From positions 1 through 64,000 of the IMG/VR virus record IMGVR_UViG_2974512537_000001: a stretch of DNA of 64,000 bases. One strand, 5' to 3'. The number at the start of each line of letters is the position of its first letter. The first letter of the stretch is position 1. Positions 47,307-57,405 of this stretch are shown here, in pieces. This DNA comes from a virus (lineage: Duplodnaviria > Caudoviricetes). The translations under genes and the position numbers were made by a program. Under the pieces are notes generated by a model that was not told where the DNA came from, ran no database searches, and saw only the letters and a program-made list of their open reading frames with translations.

Positions 47307-48701
47307 TTATTTGATAATCAGTCTTTGGCCGGGATAAATCGTGCTATACATTGAAATTCCGTTTAGGCTAGTGATGTTGCTGATAGTAGTTCCGTGGTTG
47401 TTGGCAATCTTCCATAGGCTATCACCAGACTTAACTGTGTAATAGGTATGAGAAGCACCAACAACACGCTTGCCGTAGCTTTGACCACCGTTTACGCCTA
47501 ATGCGATATAACCATAACGGCCGTTAGAACGTGAATATCTCGCCCAGACATAATCAGACTTGATAATCACTTGATTGTACTTAACACTTTCACCCTTGTA
47601 ATAGGTCGCTACCTTAGCGTAGTTAGTACCGGCACCTGTACGGACGTTTAAAGTCGTGTTAGGATAGAACGTACCATTTTGGTTGTAGGTTTGGCTAGTA
47701 GCCTTGTGGCTGTTAGCTGGTTTAGCGTGTGAGCTAACATTTTGTTTTGCAACGTATTCAGCTAACGTCCAGCCAATGACGGTTTTGCCGTTCTTTAATA
47801 ATACCATTTGGTTAGATTTACCTTGCGTTACTTGCTTGATTTGACCAACGGTGTAGGTCTTCTTTAAAGCAGAACTAGCAACTGAAACCTTAGAATCGCC
47901 AACGTTCCATTTAGCTCCACTGGACTTAATCTTGACCTTATCGCCAACCTTAAATCCACCAACGTAATATTTCTTTACGTTTTGTTGACTCGCGGAACCA
48001 GAACCAATCCACCATTTAACAGGGTGCTTAGCTGTGATGACCTTGCTGGTATCTACGCCTCGTCCAAGACTGGTTGAGTAACCAGAATCCGTGTACTGCC
48101 ACATGGAAGTGTTGCCGTTGAGGTAGCGGTTACTATAATTGGCTTCCCAGAAAGCGTCATAGTTGGCCATGCTTCTAATATAGCTGTTGTAGAAGTAGCT
48201 ACCAGAATACAGGATAACTGGACGACTCGTTAAACGTTGCATTTCTGCGCCCCAAGACTTAACGGCACTGGCATAGGAACCACTGGTAGTAGTATATTCT
48301 TCGGCGTCATTAACAAAGAATTTGGCGTGCTTAGCACGGTTATAAAGGTCACGGGCTTCTTGCTTGGCGTCAGAAGCGTTCACATACCGTGAGTATGAAT
48401 AAACGCCATATGGCGTCCCAGCCTTTTCTAGGTTAGCGATTGTGTTCTGGTATTGAACATCTTTATAATTAGAGCCATACTGAACACGCACAATCACAAA
48501 TGACGTTTCAGACTTCAAGGCTAAGGCTTTTTGGTAGCTTACATAGCCTTGCCATTCTGAAATATCAATGACCTTTTTAACAACAGCGCCGTGACTGGTG
48601 TTAGCGGCACTAGCGTTTTGTGGACTGACAGCAGAGGCAGATAATCCTAACGATAATGCCAAAGCAGTACCACATAACAAATGCTTTAGTTGTTTTTTCA
48701 T
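47307..48701 (-). CDS. endolysin: signal peptide + GH25 muramidase + SH3 + LysM
   Basis: Signal peptide ending NASAA; IDISEWQG, DAEE, WQYTD; C-terminal YTVKSGDSLWKIA. Confidence 0.92.
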   Translation of the reverse strand: MKKQLKHLLCGTALALSLGLSASAVSPQNASAANTSHGAVVKKVIDISEWQGYVSYQKALALKSETSFVIVRVQYGSNYKDVQYQNTIANLEKAGTPYGVYSYSRYVNASDAKQEARDLYNRAKHAKFFVNDAEEYTTTSGSYASAVKSWGAEMQRLTSRPVILYSGSYFYNSYIRSMANYDAFWEANYSNRYLNGNTSMWQYTDSGYSTSLGRGVDTSKVITAKHPVKWWIGSGSASQQNVKKYYVGGFKVGDKVKIKSSGAKWNVGDSKVSVASSALKKTYTVGQIKQVTQGKSNQMVLLKNGKTVIGWTLAEYVAKQNVSSHAKPANSHKATSQTYNQNGTFYPNTTLNVRTGAGTNYAKVATYYKGESVKYNQVIIKSDYVWARYSRSNGRYGYIALGVNGGQSYGKRVVGASHTYYTVKSGDSLWKIANNHGTTISNITSLNGISMYSTIYPGQRLIIK

Positions 48702-48822
48702 TTTGTCGTCCCCTTTTGTGTTTTTGTGTTTTTGTTTATTGATAGTTTTAAAAATAAAATTCAAATTTTATTCTAAATTAAGATGAGTGCCTTTAACTTG
48801 TGCTTATTCAATTGTCTACCTC

Positions 48823-49335
48823 CTATTTTAATATGTCTTCTGGTGCCAGTGAGTATGGCGTTGCAGTGGTTCCTTTCTCTAATTTCAAGAACCTAACATA
48901 TACGTCCATTGTTCCATAAAAATCAAAAGCATATCCTTTGCTATTAAATGAAGTCGTTCTTGAAACCCGTTGCCAATCATTAGTTGGAGTCATGCTGGCC
49001 ATCTGTTCGGGGTCTTCCCAATTTTCCCAGCCTAGTCTGCTAACTATACCGGTTCCTTTAACCTCGGCCGAGATAACATACTTTCCGGTTGTTGGAAAAT
49101 TAAACCACCTATAAAATCCTGAACTATTGCTAGTGCCAATGACATGTAGCGCTACTTCACCACTGTCCATTGTGACTTTCTGGATTGTACCGCCCGAGTT
49201 ATTAGTAATGCCACCAAATGAAAAATCATATGAACCACTAATCAGATTTCGCCCGTAAACTTGCTTGCCATTGCTGAAAACCTTGTCAACTGCCTTGCCA
49301 TCTTTAATCCATGCACCATGTGTTATATCTGCCAT
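48823..49335 (-). CDS. carbohydrate-binding-like baseplate/receptor accessory protein
   Basis: GRNLISGS...KLEKGTTATPYS jelly-roll signature. Confidence 0.7.
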   Translation of the reverse strand: MADITHGAWIKDGKAVDKVFSNGKQVYGRNLISGSYDFSFGGITNNSGGTIQKVTMDSGEVALHVIGTSNSSGFYRWFNFPTTGKYVISAEVKGTGIVSRLGWENWEDPEQMASMTPTNDWQRVSRTTSFNSKGYAFDFYGTMDVYVRFLKLEKGTTATPYSLAPEDILK

Positions 49336-49340
49336 TTAAA

Positions 49341-49847
49341 TCACCCCTGAATCACGTATAAACCAGTTTTGTCGGTTAATGAATCATACTGTTCTTGGGT
49401 AACGATTTTAACAGTATTGGCAACAATAGTATTAAATTTATTAACAAAATCATCAAAAGAAATCGTAGTAATCGTGCTACCATTAGCGCTCTGAATGTTA
49501 TTATTGATTGTGAACCCTGTTAAAGCACCACTAGGGTAGATAGCGACCCCACTATCATAAGTTACCCAAACCTCTAACAAGTAAGAACCTGCTGGAAGCC
49601 CACTCATAAAATCAGAGTCAAACTTAATGACTACTTTACCAGACAATGGGTCTTGAATATTATCAGATGTAATTGTTTGCGATTTTAGGTAGCCCGTGCT
49701 GTTACCTAGCTTGGCAACAATGCTCTTTGCGTTAGTGAGGTCAACAGGATTGCTATCTTCACCCAATACCATCACAAAACTGGTAGTCGTGTCGCCAATT
49801 TTTACGGTTTGAGCGGAAGTGTCAGTAAATTCTAATGTTTTTGCCAA
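49341..49847 (-). CDS. BppU-like upper baseplate protein
   Basis: KIGDTTTSF...DLTNA...LPAGSYLLEVWV...IYPS. Confidence 0.7.
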   Translation of the reverse strand: MAKTLEFTDTSAQTVKIGDTTTSFVMVLGEDSNPVDLTNAKSIVAKLGNSTGYLKSQTITSDNIQDPLSGKVVIKFDSDFMSGLPAGSYLLEVWVTYDSGVAIYPSGALTGFTINNNIQSANGSTITTISFDDFVNKFNTIVANTVKIVTQEQYDSLTDKTGLYVIQG

Positions 49848-49863
49848 ACTAAATCATTCCTTT

Positions 49864-50286
49864 CTACCGCTTGTCAAAGTCAACGTCTAACGCTTCACAT
49901 AACGCGTCATAACACATTGCTTCATCACCAGACACGTTAATGTCGGCATGTAACAAAAAGTCTTGACAGTCTTCTTTATGGTGTGAATAAGTGGCCTTTT
50001 CAATTTCGCCGTTTTCCATCATCAGTTCAAAATAAGCATTTTTGAAGGCTTCCCCGTTTTCCGGGGTAAATTGATATTGGTCGTTTTTGACAATCAATTC
50101 GCCATTGTCATCTTTTGAAGCGTATTCCTTAATCATGTCGGCTTGAAGACCGGCAATTTCCTCGTTTTTGTCGGCCAACATTTTAATCAGTCGTGTTCGA
50201 GCGATTGATTGATAACCAGCAAGTGGCAACCGTTTTAAAAATTCAATTGATGGTGCAACGAATTGATTTTGTAATTCAAATTTCAT
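49864..50286 (-). CDS. DUF1617-like tail-associated protein
   Basis: SIARTRLIK...KDDNGE...YDALCEAL; position after the tail fibre. Confidence 0.65.
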   Translation of the reverse strand: MKFELQNQFVAPSIEFLKRLPLAGYQSIARTRLIKMLADKNEEIAGLQADMIKEYASKDDNGELIVKNDQYQFTPENGEAFKNAYFELMMENGEIEKATYSHHKEDCQDFLLHADINVSGDEAMCYDALCEALDVDFDKR

Positions 50287-50299
50287 AATTTAAACCCTC

Positions 50300-50521
50300 C
50301 TATTTTGCTTCATCGGTCGGTCTTAATGCTGTTAAACTGTCAATTAATGTGTTCAACACTTTTAGTTTAACATTATCAACACCACCCACAATAGCAGTAT
50401 TAAACTCGTCCATGGCAATGCTTACTTGTGAACTGATTGCTAGACTATTAATCTGAATACTAATGGTCATGATATTGTTCGTATAATCTGGTTTATAGTT
50501 CGTAATCAAAATGTTATCCAT
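50300..50521 (-). CDS. small tail-associated protein
   Basis: Coupled to the tail fibre stop. Confidence 0.7.
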   Translation of the reverse strand: MDNILITNYKPDYTNNIMTISIQINSLAISSQVSIAMDEFNTAIVGGVDNVKLKVLNTLIDSLTALRPTDEAK

Positions 50522-53500
50522 TTAATTTTGCCTCCAATTCTAATAAATGTCCGTTTAGCTTATCAATTTCCTTTTGTTGTTCTTGTATAGTTGCTAACAT
50601 AGCATTTTGAAGTACGATATTCTCAATACCGGATAGCTTTCCATCTTCATCACGTGCAACAAAGATGTCTGGTAGATTCCATTGCTTGTCCTCGTTAACA
50701 TCATCAACAATCCCTGATAGTCTAAGGTTGCTGGTATTATCATCATCTTTATACTGGTAGGTTGCTAGGTCGATTGAGTTAACTAACTGCGCCCAATAAG
50801 CTGTATCAGTCTTTTTAACGCCCTTCTTCTCAGATAACAGCGATTTAGATACAGACCCCTGATAGTTTAGACTAGCTACATTTAAGTCAGCTCTTCCACC
50901 TTTACCTGAGTTGATATAAAGTCCCTTACCATCTTGCATAGTAATAGAATGAGCGGTGTTAATACCAATATTACCAACCTGTATATTACGTTTAAATTCA
51001 GTGTAGTTTGAACCAGCCTTGTCAATACCAAAGTTAATAATCTGATTGCCGTTAACGTCACCAATCCGCCACCAAGCAGAATCAGATTGTCCACGTATGT
51101 TACCATACGCGTCCATAGTCATTCCGTTGCTACCAATATTACCGGATTTACCAGCGAAGTTTATTTGTTGTGTTGGCCCATATAGATAGATTCCTGTGGC
51201 TGGCGTCACATCAACATAACCCGTGATTGTTTGCGGCTTATTGAAGTCTGAATCCTTAGATGTTGTATATCCAGACTGTGAGTGGAATCCTTGACCGTCC
51301 AATGCCGAATTATAAGCGGTGAAGTGTCCGTCACTACCGGCTACCATTGAGCGGAACTTGTGTTGCAACCCCCCAGATTCGATGATTGATTGTAACCCAA
51401 CCATCTGGTCGTAGAACGTTGTCTTGTATGTTCCGTTAGACTCAATGGTCATTGGATAAAAATGAGAAGTGTTGTGTTGGTTATTGATAACGTCCCCACC
51501 GTGGAAAGTTGCACCGTTGATGGTTACGCCGGTAATTGTACCGGCATTTATTGTTGGCGAATACAATTTACCGCCGTTAAGCGTCATATCCTTAGCCGTT
51601 ATCGCACCATTTTGGCTTACCGTAAAAGTTCCATTGTTGGTCGTGAAAGTGTTAGCCGCAATATCAGCCGCTGTCAATTTTTTGCCAACAAGGAGCGTGT
51701 CGATATTAGCACTTTTCATAATAACGGGGTTAGCACTATCAAGGAAAACGCTATTGGCAGACAATGTCAGTTGACCACTAGATGAAATCAAAGTTTTACC
51801 AGCTTGAAGATTAATCTGGTCAAGCAAACCATCTTTAGTAACTCTAAGATTAATATTATCAGACATCTGAGAAATCATTGAATCTTGACCACCATATACA
51901 TAAGGTGTCGCAGTGTCACCGGGTTCCATCTTTAGTTCAGTAAAGAACAAACCAGAAGAAGCTCCGTTATTAGAACCTATATTATCGACCCTGATATAAC
52001 CTTCATTATCATTGGCCCCAGTTGTAAATGTAACTGTGTACTGGTCAATGTGCGATGGAGAAGTCACTAAACTCGTGAATAGTCCGTGAACGGTGTCGTA
52101 GTCTTTAGTAGAACCATAAGCACGTGATAAGAAATATACATTAGCTCCAACAACGTTAGACGAGGCAAATGCTTTAAATTGGAACGTATATTTAGTGTTT
52201 GGTAATACTGAAAAGCGCAATGAACCAGCGGCAGAAGTTGCATTTTGTGCTGTATAGAGTTGTAATAGCTTTCCAGTTCCATTTTGATAGAAGTTATGGG
52301 TCACTGCTAATAGTTGCTTATCAGTTGCGCCCCACGCCATTAACTGCCAACCTTCTAATGAATCTGAAAAATTACTAGAGTAAGGTATTAAATTAACATT
52401 GTTAGCGTCTTTCTTAGAAACCTTGCTTAAAATCGCGTTATCAGTTTGCGATTTATATGAATTAAAGTCCGTAGATGTAACTTTCGAGGCAATCTGTTGA
52501 GCAGTTGTAGTTTGATAAGCCTCAAAGTCTTTGGTAGCTACCTTTTGAGAAATTAAATCAGCCGTTTGTGATTTGTAAGTTGAAAAATCGCCGTTACTTA
52601 CTTTTTCGGCAATTAATTTATCCGTCTGTGTCTTATAGGTATTAAAGGCGCCATTGCTTACCTTATCTGCAATTTGGTTAGCGGTTTGCGTCTTATCTGA
52701 TTGATAAGTGCCATTATCGACCTTAGAATCAATCAATTTATCAGTCTGCGTTTGATAAGTCTTGAAGTCATCGGAGGACACTTTAGAAGCGATAGCGTTA
52801 GCCGTCTGTGTTTTATCGGATTGATAAGTTCCATTATCGACTTTAGACGCAATCAATTCTGCGGTTTGATTTTGGTAAGTCTTAAAAGCACCATTATCAA
52901 CTTTCTGTCCGATTAACTCATCGGTTTGAGTTTTGTAAGAATTAAAGTCGCCGCTACTTACTTTTTGGTCTATCTGACCACTCAACTGTGTGATTTGAGA
53001 GTTAGTAGCTTGGTCTTCGGGGTTGACCGAATAATCAGTAGCTACACTACCTTTTTCAAACTTAGCTTTAAAATCATTATATTTTCTAAAAGATACTCTA
53101 ACATATGCCGTGGCAGAAGTGGTGGTTAAAGTTTTAGATACATGTTCTGTTGTATCCGCAGATTGCGTAGCCCCAGCTCCAGAAGGCCGTGAAATAAATT
53201 TTTTGTCAGAGTCGTATTGTCCAATGCCATACCAGTAGTAGTTTCCTTTCGGAGTAGTGCCCCACATTTGAAAAGTGTAGGCAGAACTAGCACTCACCGG
53301 AATATAATCAGACGCTATTTCATTCTGGAAAGAAGAAGCTGGGTCAACATTTCCAGTTCCACTATCTATATACCCAGATGTAGCCGTTGATTGCGAAAAC
53401 AGGTTGGTTCCAACTGTGCTATTATTCACCTGTGTTTGCAATGTTTGAAAATCCTTAGATTCAACCTTACTAATAATTGCTTTATCAGTTTGTGACTTAT

Positions 53501-54953
53501 ATGAATTAAAGTCGGCAGAAGATACTTTTGAGGCAATTTGGTTTGCTGTCTGTGTCTTATCTGACTGATAGGTGCCATTATCAACCTTTGAGTTAATTAA
53601 TTCGGCAGTTTGTGTCTGATAGGTCTTAAAATCGCCATTATCGACCTTGCTTCCAATTAACTCGTCAGTTTGTGTTTTATATGTTGAGAACTCGCCATTG
53701 CTTACTTTGTCTGCAATTTGACTGGCGGTTTGTTCTCTGTCAGATTTGTAATCGGAACTCGAAACTTTGCTTGAAAGTGCCTTATCAGTTTGGGCTTGAT
53801 AAGTTTCAAACTCACCAGAGGAAACCTTAGAAGCAATAGCTTCGGCAGTTTGTGTTTTATCAGTTTGATAGGTTCCGTTGTCAACCTTGGATTCAATTAA
53901 CTCGCTGGTTTGAGTTTGGTAAGTTTTAAAGTCGGCTTCCTTAACCGTTTGAGCAAACTGACTGGCGGTTTGTGTTTGATATGAATCGAACGTGTCATTA
54001 GAAACCTTTGTGCCCAAACCATCTTCTAGTTGTGCAATGGTTACGGTTGAGCCGCCCCTTAACTTCACAATTTCAGCGTTAGCACCGTTAGCCGTGTCAA
54101 GAGCACTGTTGGCTTTTGATGAAGCTTCGGCGGCAGTTTTAGAAACTTCTGACACAGCACTTGCCTGTGAAGCAATCTGTTCATCGGTGTAATCAGCGGC
54201 TGATTGTGCTTTATCAAGAGCACTGGTAGCCGCTTCCTGTGCTTTAGCAGTGGCCGCAGATTGTTTAGCGATTTCAGCGCTAGTCTTGCCGTCAACCTCT
54301 TCGGCCTTAGCAAGAGCGCTATCGGCCGCACTTTGAGCTTTAGCGGTAGCTGTGGACTGCGCGGCTATTGCTGAATCGGCTTGACTACCAATCACTTGGG
54401 CTTGGCTAAATGCGCCGTCAGCGGCACTTTGAGCCTTAGCAGTAGCTGTTGATTGTACAGCTATCTCTGAATTGGCATAAGTGTAGGCACTATCTGCGGC
54501 TGATTTAGCAACATTAGCTGTTGAGGCCGCTTGACTTATGGCACTCGCGGCACTGGTGAATTTATCGTTTGTGTTATTTTGTAAAGCGTTTTGAAGCTTT
54601 GCTAATTCTTCATTGTAAGCGTCTTGATACTTTTTGTATCTTGCACGGTCAATATCACTAGCATGGTCAGGGTCTGCCAGAATATCGGCCATAAATATGT
54701 TTAAATTGTTATATGCCGTAGTTACGGCGGTTATATCAATTCCCTCATCTTTAGCGTTCTGAACGAGAACGTTATATTGAGATGTTAAACCGGCGAATTG
54801 TACGATATTGTTTTGTTTTTCAATGACGTTCATCATATTAGGGTCATTTAAGTTTTCAACGCCCCTAACCGCCTTGTCGGCAGTATCCTGTGAATCTTGC
54901 GCTAGTCTAGTAGGGTTGGTGATATTAACTTCAACGAATGCGCTTCGTGACAT
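50514..54953 (-). CDS. tail fibre/host-specificity protein with 20-aa repeats, two CBM-like domains and a C-terminal intramolecular chaperone (S74-like)
   Basis: Repeat blocks; TNLF..S/NLIPYSS...EKG..AT domains; SLLSEKKGVK...LATYQYK...SGIVDD C-terminus. Confidence 0.85.
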   Translation of the reverse strand: MSRSAFVEVNITNPTRLAQDSQDTADKAVRGVENLNDPNMMNVIEKQNNIVQFAGLTSQYNVLVQNAKDEGIDITAVTTAYNNLNIFMADILADPDHASDIDRARYKKYQDAYNEELAKLQNALQNNTNDKFTSAASAISQAASTANVAKSAADSAYTYANSEIAVQSTATAKAQSAADGAFSQAQVIGSQADSAIAAQSTATAKAQSAADSALAKAEEVDGKTSAEIAKQSAATAKAQEAATSALDKAQSAADYTDEQIASQASAVSEVSKTAAEASSKANSALDTANGANAEIVKLRGGSTVTIAQLEDGLGTKVSNDTFDSYQTQTASQFAQTVKEADFKTYQTQTSELIESKVDNGTYQTDKTQTAEAIASKVSSGEFETYQAQTDKALSSKVSSSDYKSDREQTASQIADKVSNGEFSTYKTQTDELIGSKVDNGDFKTYQTQTAELINSKVDNGTYQSDKTQTANQIASKVSSADFNSYKSQTDKAIISKVESKDFQTLQTQVNNSTVGTNLFSQSTATSGYIDSGTGNVDPASSFQNEIASDYIPVSASSAYTFQMWGTTPKGNYYWYGIGQYDSDKKFISRPSGAGATQSADTTEHVSKTLTTTSATAYVRVSFRKYNDFKAKFEKGSVATDYSVNPEDQATNSQITQLSGQIDQKVSSGDFNSYKTQTDELIGQKVDNGAFKTYQNQTAELIASKVDNGTYQSDKTQTANAIASKVSSDDFKTYQTQTDKLIDSKVDNGTYQSDKTQTANQIADKVSNGAFNTYKTQTDKLIAEKVSNGDFSTYKSQTADLISQKVATKDFEAYQTTTAQQIASKVTSTDFNSYKSQTDNAILSKVSKKDANNVNLIPYSSNFSDSLEGWQLMAWGATDKQLLAVTHNFYQNGTGKLLQLYTAQNATSAAGSLRFSVLPNTKYTFQFKAFASSNVVGANVYFLSRAYGSTKDYDTVHGLFTSLVTSPSHIDQYTVTFTTGANDNEGYIRVDNIGSNNGASSGLFFTELKMEPGDTATPYVYGGQDSMISQMSDNINLRVTKDGLLDQINLQAGKTLISSSGQLTLSANSVFLDSANPVIMKSANIDTLLVGKKLTAADIAANTFTTNNGTFTVSQNGAITAKDMTLNGGKLYSPTINAGTITGVTINGATFHGGDVINNQHNTSHFYPMTIESNGTYKTTFYDQMVGLQSIIESGGLQHKFRSMVAGSDGHFTAYNSALDGQGFHSQSGYTTSKDSDFNKPQTITGYVDVTPATGIYLYGPTQQINFAGKSGNIGSNGMTMDAYGNIRGQSDSAWWRIGDVNGNQIINFGIDKAGSNYTEFKRNIQVGNIGINTAHSITMQDGKGLYINSGKGGRADLNVASLNYQGSVSKSLLSEKKGVKKTDTAYWAQLVNSIDLATYQYKDDDNTSNLRLSGIVDDVNEDKQWNLPDIFVARDEDGKLSGIENIVLQNAMLATIQEQQKEIDKLNGHLLELEAKLNG
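52422..52964 (-). repeat. tail fibre repeat block 2: nine 60-bp (20-aa) units plus a partial unit
   Basis: KV(S/D)NG(D/T)(F/Y)..YxxQTxxxIxS period. Confidence 0.9.
53409..54008 (-). repeat. tail fibre repeat block 1: ten 60-bp (20-aa) units
   Basis: Same period. Confidence 0.9.
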
Positions 54954-54965
54954 TTAAAAACCTCC

Positions 54966-57353
54966 TTAGTCGTTATCTGTGCCATCATCACCATCACCGC
55001 CACCACTGATAACTGGCATTTCTGGCCGGTAAATAATGTCCGTAACATATTGCATTTGTCGCTTCGGTGGCTGACTGTTTGATGGAGTGACGCTAAATGA
55101 ATGAACTAAAGTTCTTTTACCGTTAATTGTTGCGAATGATAGACTTTCTGGTTCAATTATTTTGTCAGTTGGCAATCCTAGACCGATTAACGGGTCGTAA
55201 TACGGGTGAATAACTTCGCCACGGTGTAAAATGTTTACACAGTAGAAAGAACATGTTTTGGCTAGATATTGGTTACCAACGCTCCAATAAACGTATGGAA
55301 AATCTAATGCTTGTCCCTGAAAAATATCGGAGTCACCGTTAAAATCATAATCAAGCATGTCGATTGAATACAGAACTGTTTTAACGCCGGATAATAGGTC
55401 GCCTACGTCCAATATAAAGAACTTGTAACCACCACTACTGTAACCCATCATATTATGAGCTCGGTCAAAACTAACACGAGGATAGCCACCGGGAGTTAAT
55501 AAGTGTTCTGTGTCGTTAATGTCTAGCGTCTTGCCAGCTTTAAATTGGAATCTAACAATATCCCAGTTACCTTGACTGTTTCTTTGGTTAGTAATAATCC
55601 ACGGTTCACCATTTTGATACATGACGCCAAACGAAGTGCCGTGTCCGCCACCTTTTAAAACCATTTTATCAATGAGCTTAAAGTCTTTATCACGGTGCAT
55701 ATAATTGCAATCATCACCGGAAGTTGCGGCTGACACGTACCAAGTACCATCGTCCAACTGTTCGAGGTGTTGTGCAATACGGTGAACGTCACTATCATAC
55801 GGGTCAAACTCCCCAATCTTCTTGTAACCATTCGGGTCAACCGTTAACTCTGGTTCGTCCGAGATATAGTCACCATCAATATACGCTCTAATGTTACCCA
55901 TCAAAGATGGTGTCACACTAACTAGATTACCAGTTGCTTCCCAGTTCGGGTCGATTGAACCGTCTGTGTTAATGTGTCGCCATGCAAAACCTTTTTTGTC
56001 AACATATGTGCTGATGTTTTGCTTTCCGACAAATGCACTTAATAATAGACGTTTTGAAGTTTCGCCCTGTGCAAAGTCAAGGCCATCTGGGTGTGACAAT
56101 ACTGGGGTAATAGCCGTAGCGTCATTGATAGCCTTAGCAACAGCGTCCGATAATGCTGATTGATAATTAGTCAACCATGCTGGGGTAGCTACTGGAACGG
56201 TTACGAACTCACCAAAGGCAATGGAACTTGAATATGGCGATGAGAAGCTGATTGTTCTTTGAATAACTCGTCCAGTGGCGTTTAACGCTGGTGTAATGTG
56301 TTCGTCTTTAAAACGAATCGTAGCACCTAATGGCGGTAAAAATCCGGGGACAACATTGACTTCGTAATAAGTTCTAGGGTGGTTGAATAGTTTCAACATC
56401 TGTTTAGCCCAAGACTTTAACCCAGCGTTATCATTAATCTGGTTCGCAGAAATAACACCCTCTAGGTATTTGCCCTCTAATGACCCCTCATAATTATATT
56501 TTTCATTAGCGTCATCATCAACAATATAGGTAGCTCCATTGTTGTTAGGAGCCATTGTTGAACCGTTTGAACCATAAGCGTATAGTTTAGTAATAGGAGC
56601 TGAAACCGTAACACGTTTAATGTTTGTAATGTTTGTGCCAAATACGGCCTCTTGGTAAACAATACCAGAAGACAATTCGTCTGCTACTTCTACTACTTTT
56701 TCTACGATTTTACCTTGTGTGTTGATTTCAACATAAGCGTCAATTTCAACGTCAAACATTTGTAGTGCATTTTGTAGTAGAACAGTACCTTTTGTTTTAC
56801 CGTCAAAAGAATCTGAATCTACTAAGGACACGCTATTTGTATTATACTTTACTTGCCAACCAGAATTTTGAAAGACCTTACTAAAAACTTGTTGTACATT
56901 CTGCTTTGTGACTGTTGCTTTTAATGGAACTGTAAAAGCCAAATCTCTTAACATCATATTGCATACATACGCAACTGTGTTTACAGAAGTTGTTGCGGTT
57001 GATTCTTCCGATGTTGAATAAATGTACATAACGTACCAGCGGTTAAGGTAGTCGTCATGATATGCTAAATAGTTACCAGATACTACTTTATCACTGTCTG
57101 GTTGTCCTTGTGGAACCGTAATAGTACCGCTGTGGTCATATTTCTTTGATTGTGCGTTAAGGTTGGTCTTGCCATCAAAACTATCTTGCGTACCAACACT
57201 AACGTCATCATCATATTGTGTATTTTGTTGGTCTGAATCCGCCAACTGCATAGTAATGGAGTCGTTAGTAAATTTTGTAGCTCCATCAACAGTCAATAGG
57301 CCGACATTGTTAAAATGTGAATCCAAAATGAGATATTGATTACCTAATGACAT
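54966..57353 (-). CDS. Tal/baseplate hub protein with a C-terminal beta-propeller-like domain
   Basis: Position after Dit; ITKLYAYG, GATIRFKD; GGGHGTSFG propeller-type motif. Confidence 0.75.
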   Translation of the reverse strand: MSLGNQYLILDSHFNNVGLLTVDGATKFTNDSITMQLADSDQQNTQYDDDVSVGTQDSFDGKTNLNAQSKKYDHSGTITVPQGQPDSDKVVSGNYLAYHDDYLNRWYVMYIYSTSEESTATTSVNTVAYVCNMMLRDLAFTVPLKATVTKQNVQQVFSKVFQNSGWQVKYNTNSVSLVDSDSFDGKTKGTVLLQNALQMFDVEIDAYVEINTQGKIVEKVVEVADELSSGIVYQEAVFGTNITNIKRVTVSAPITKLYAYGSNGSTMAPNNNGATYIVDDDANEKYNYEGSLEGKYLEGVISANQINDNAGLKSWAKQMLKLFNHPRTYYEVNVVPGFLPPLGATIRFKDEHITPALNATGRVIQRTISFSSPYSSSIAFGEFVTVPVATPAWLTNYQSALSDAVAKAINDATAITPVLSHPDGLDFAQGETSKRLLLSAFVGKQNISTYVDKKGFAWRHINTDGSIDPNWEATGNLVSVTPSLMGNIRAYIDGDYISDEPELTVDPNGYKKIGEFDPYDSDVHRIAQHLEQLDDGTWYVSAATSGDDCNYMHRDKDFKLIDKMVLKGGGHGTSFGVMYQNGEPWIITNQRNSQGNWDIVRFQFKAGKTLDINDTEHLLTPGGYPRVSFDRAHNMMGYSSGGYKFFILDVGDLLSGVKTVLYSIDMLDYDFNGDSDIFQGQALDFPYVYWSVGNQYLAKTCSFYCVNILHRGEVIHPYYDPLIGLGLPTDKIIEPESLSFATINGKRTLVHSFSVTPSNSQPPKRQMQYVTDIIYRPEMPVISGGGDGDDGTDND

Positions 57354-57405
57354 TCCATTACCTCCAAATCGTTATTTTATGTACCGAGGGTTTCCCCTCG
57401 TGAAA

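Noticed and set aside
50514-54953. Diversity-generating retroelement target in the tail fibre
   Set aside because: No reverse transcriptase or template/variable repeat pair with A-specific mismatches in the window
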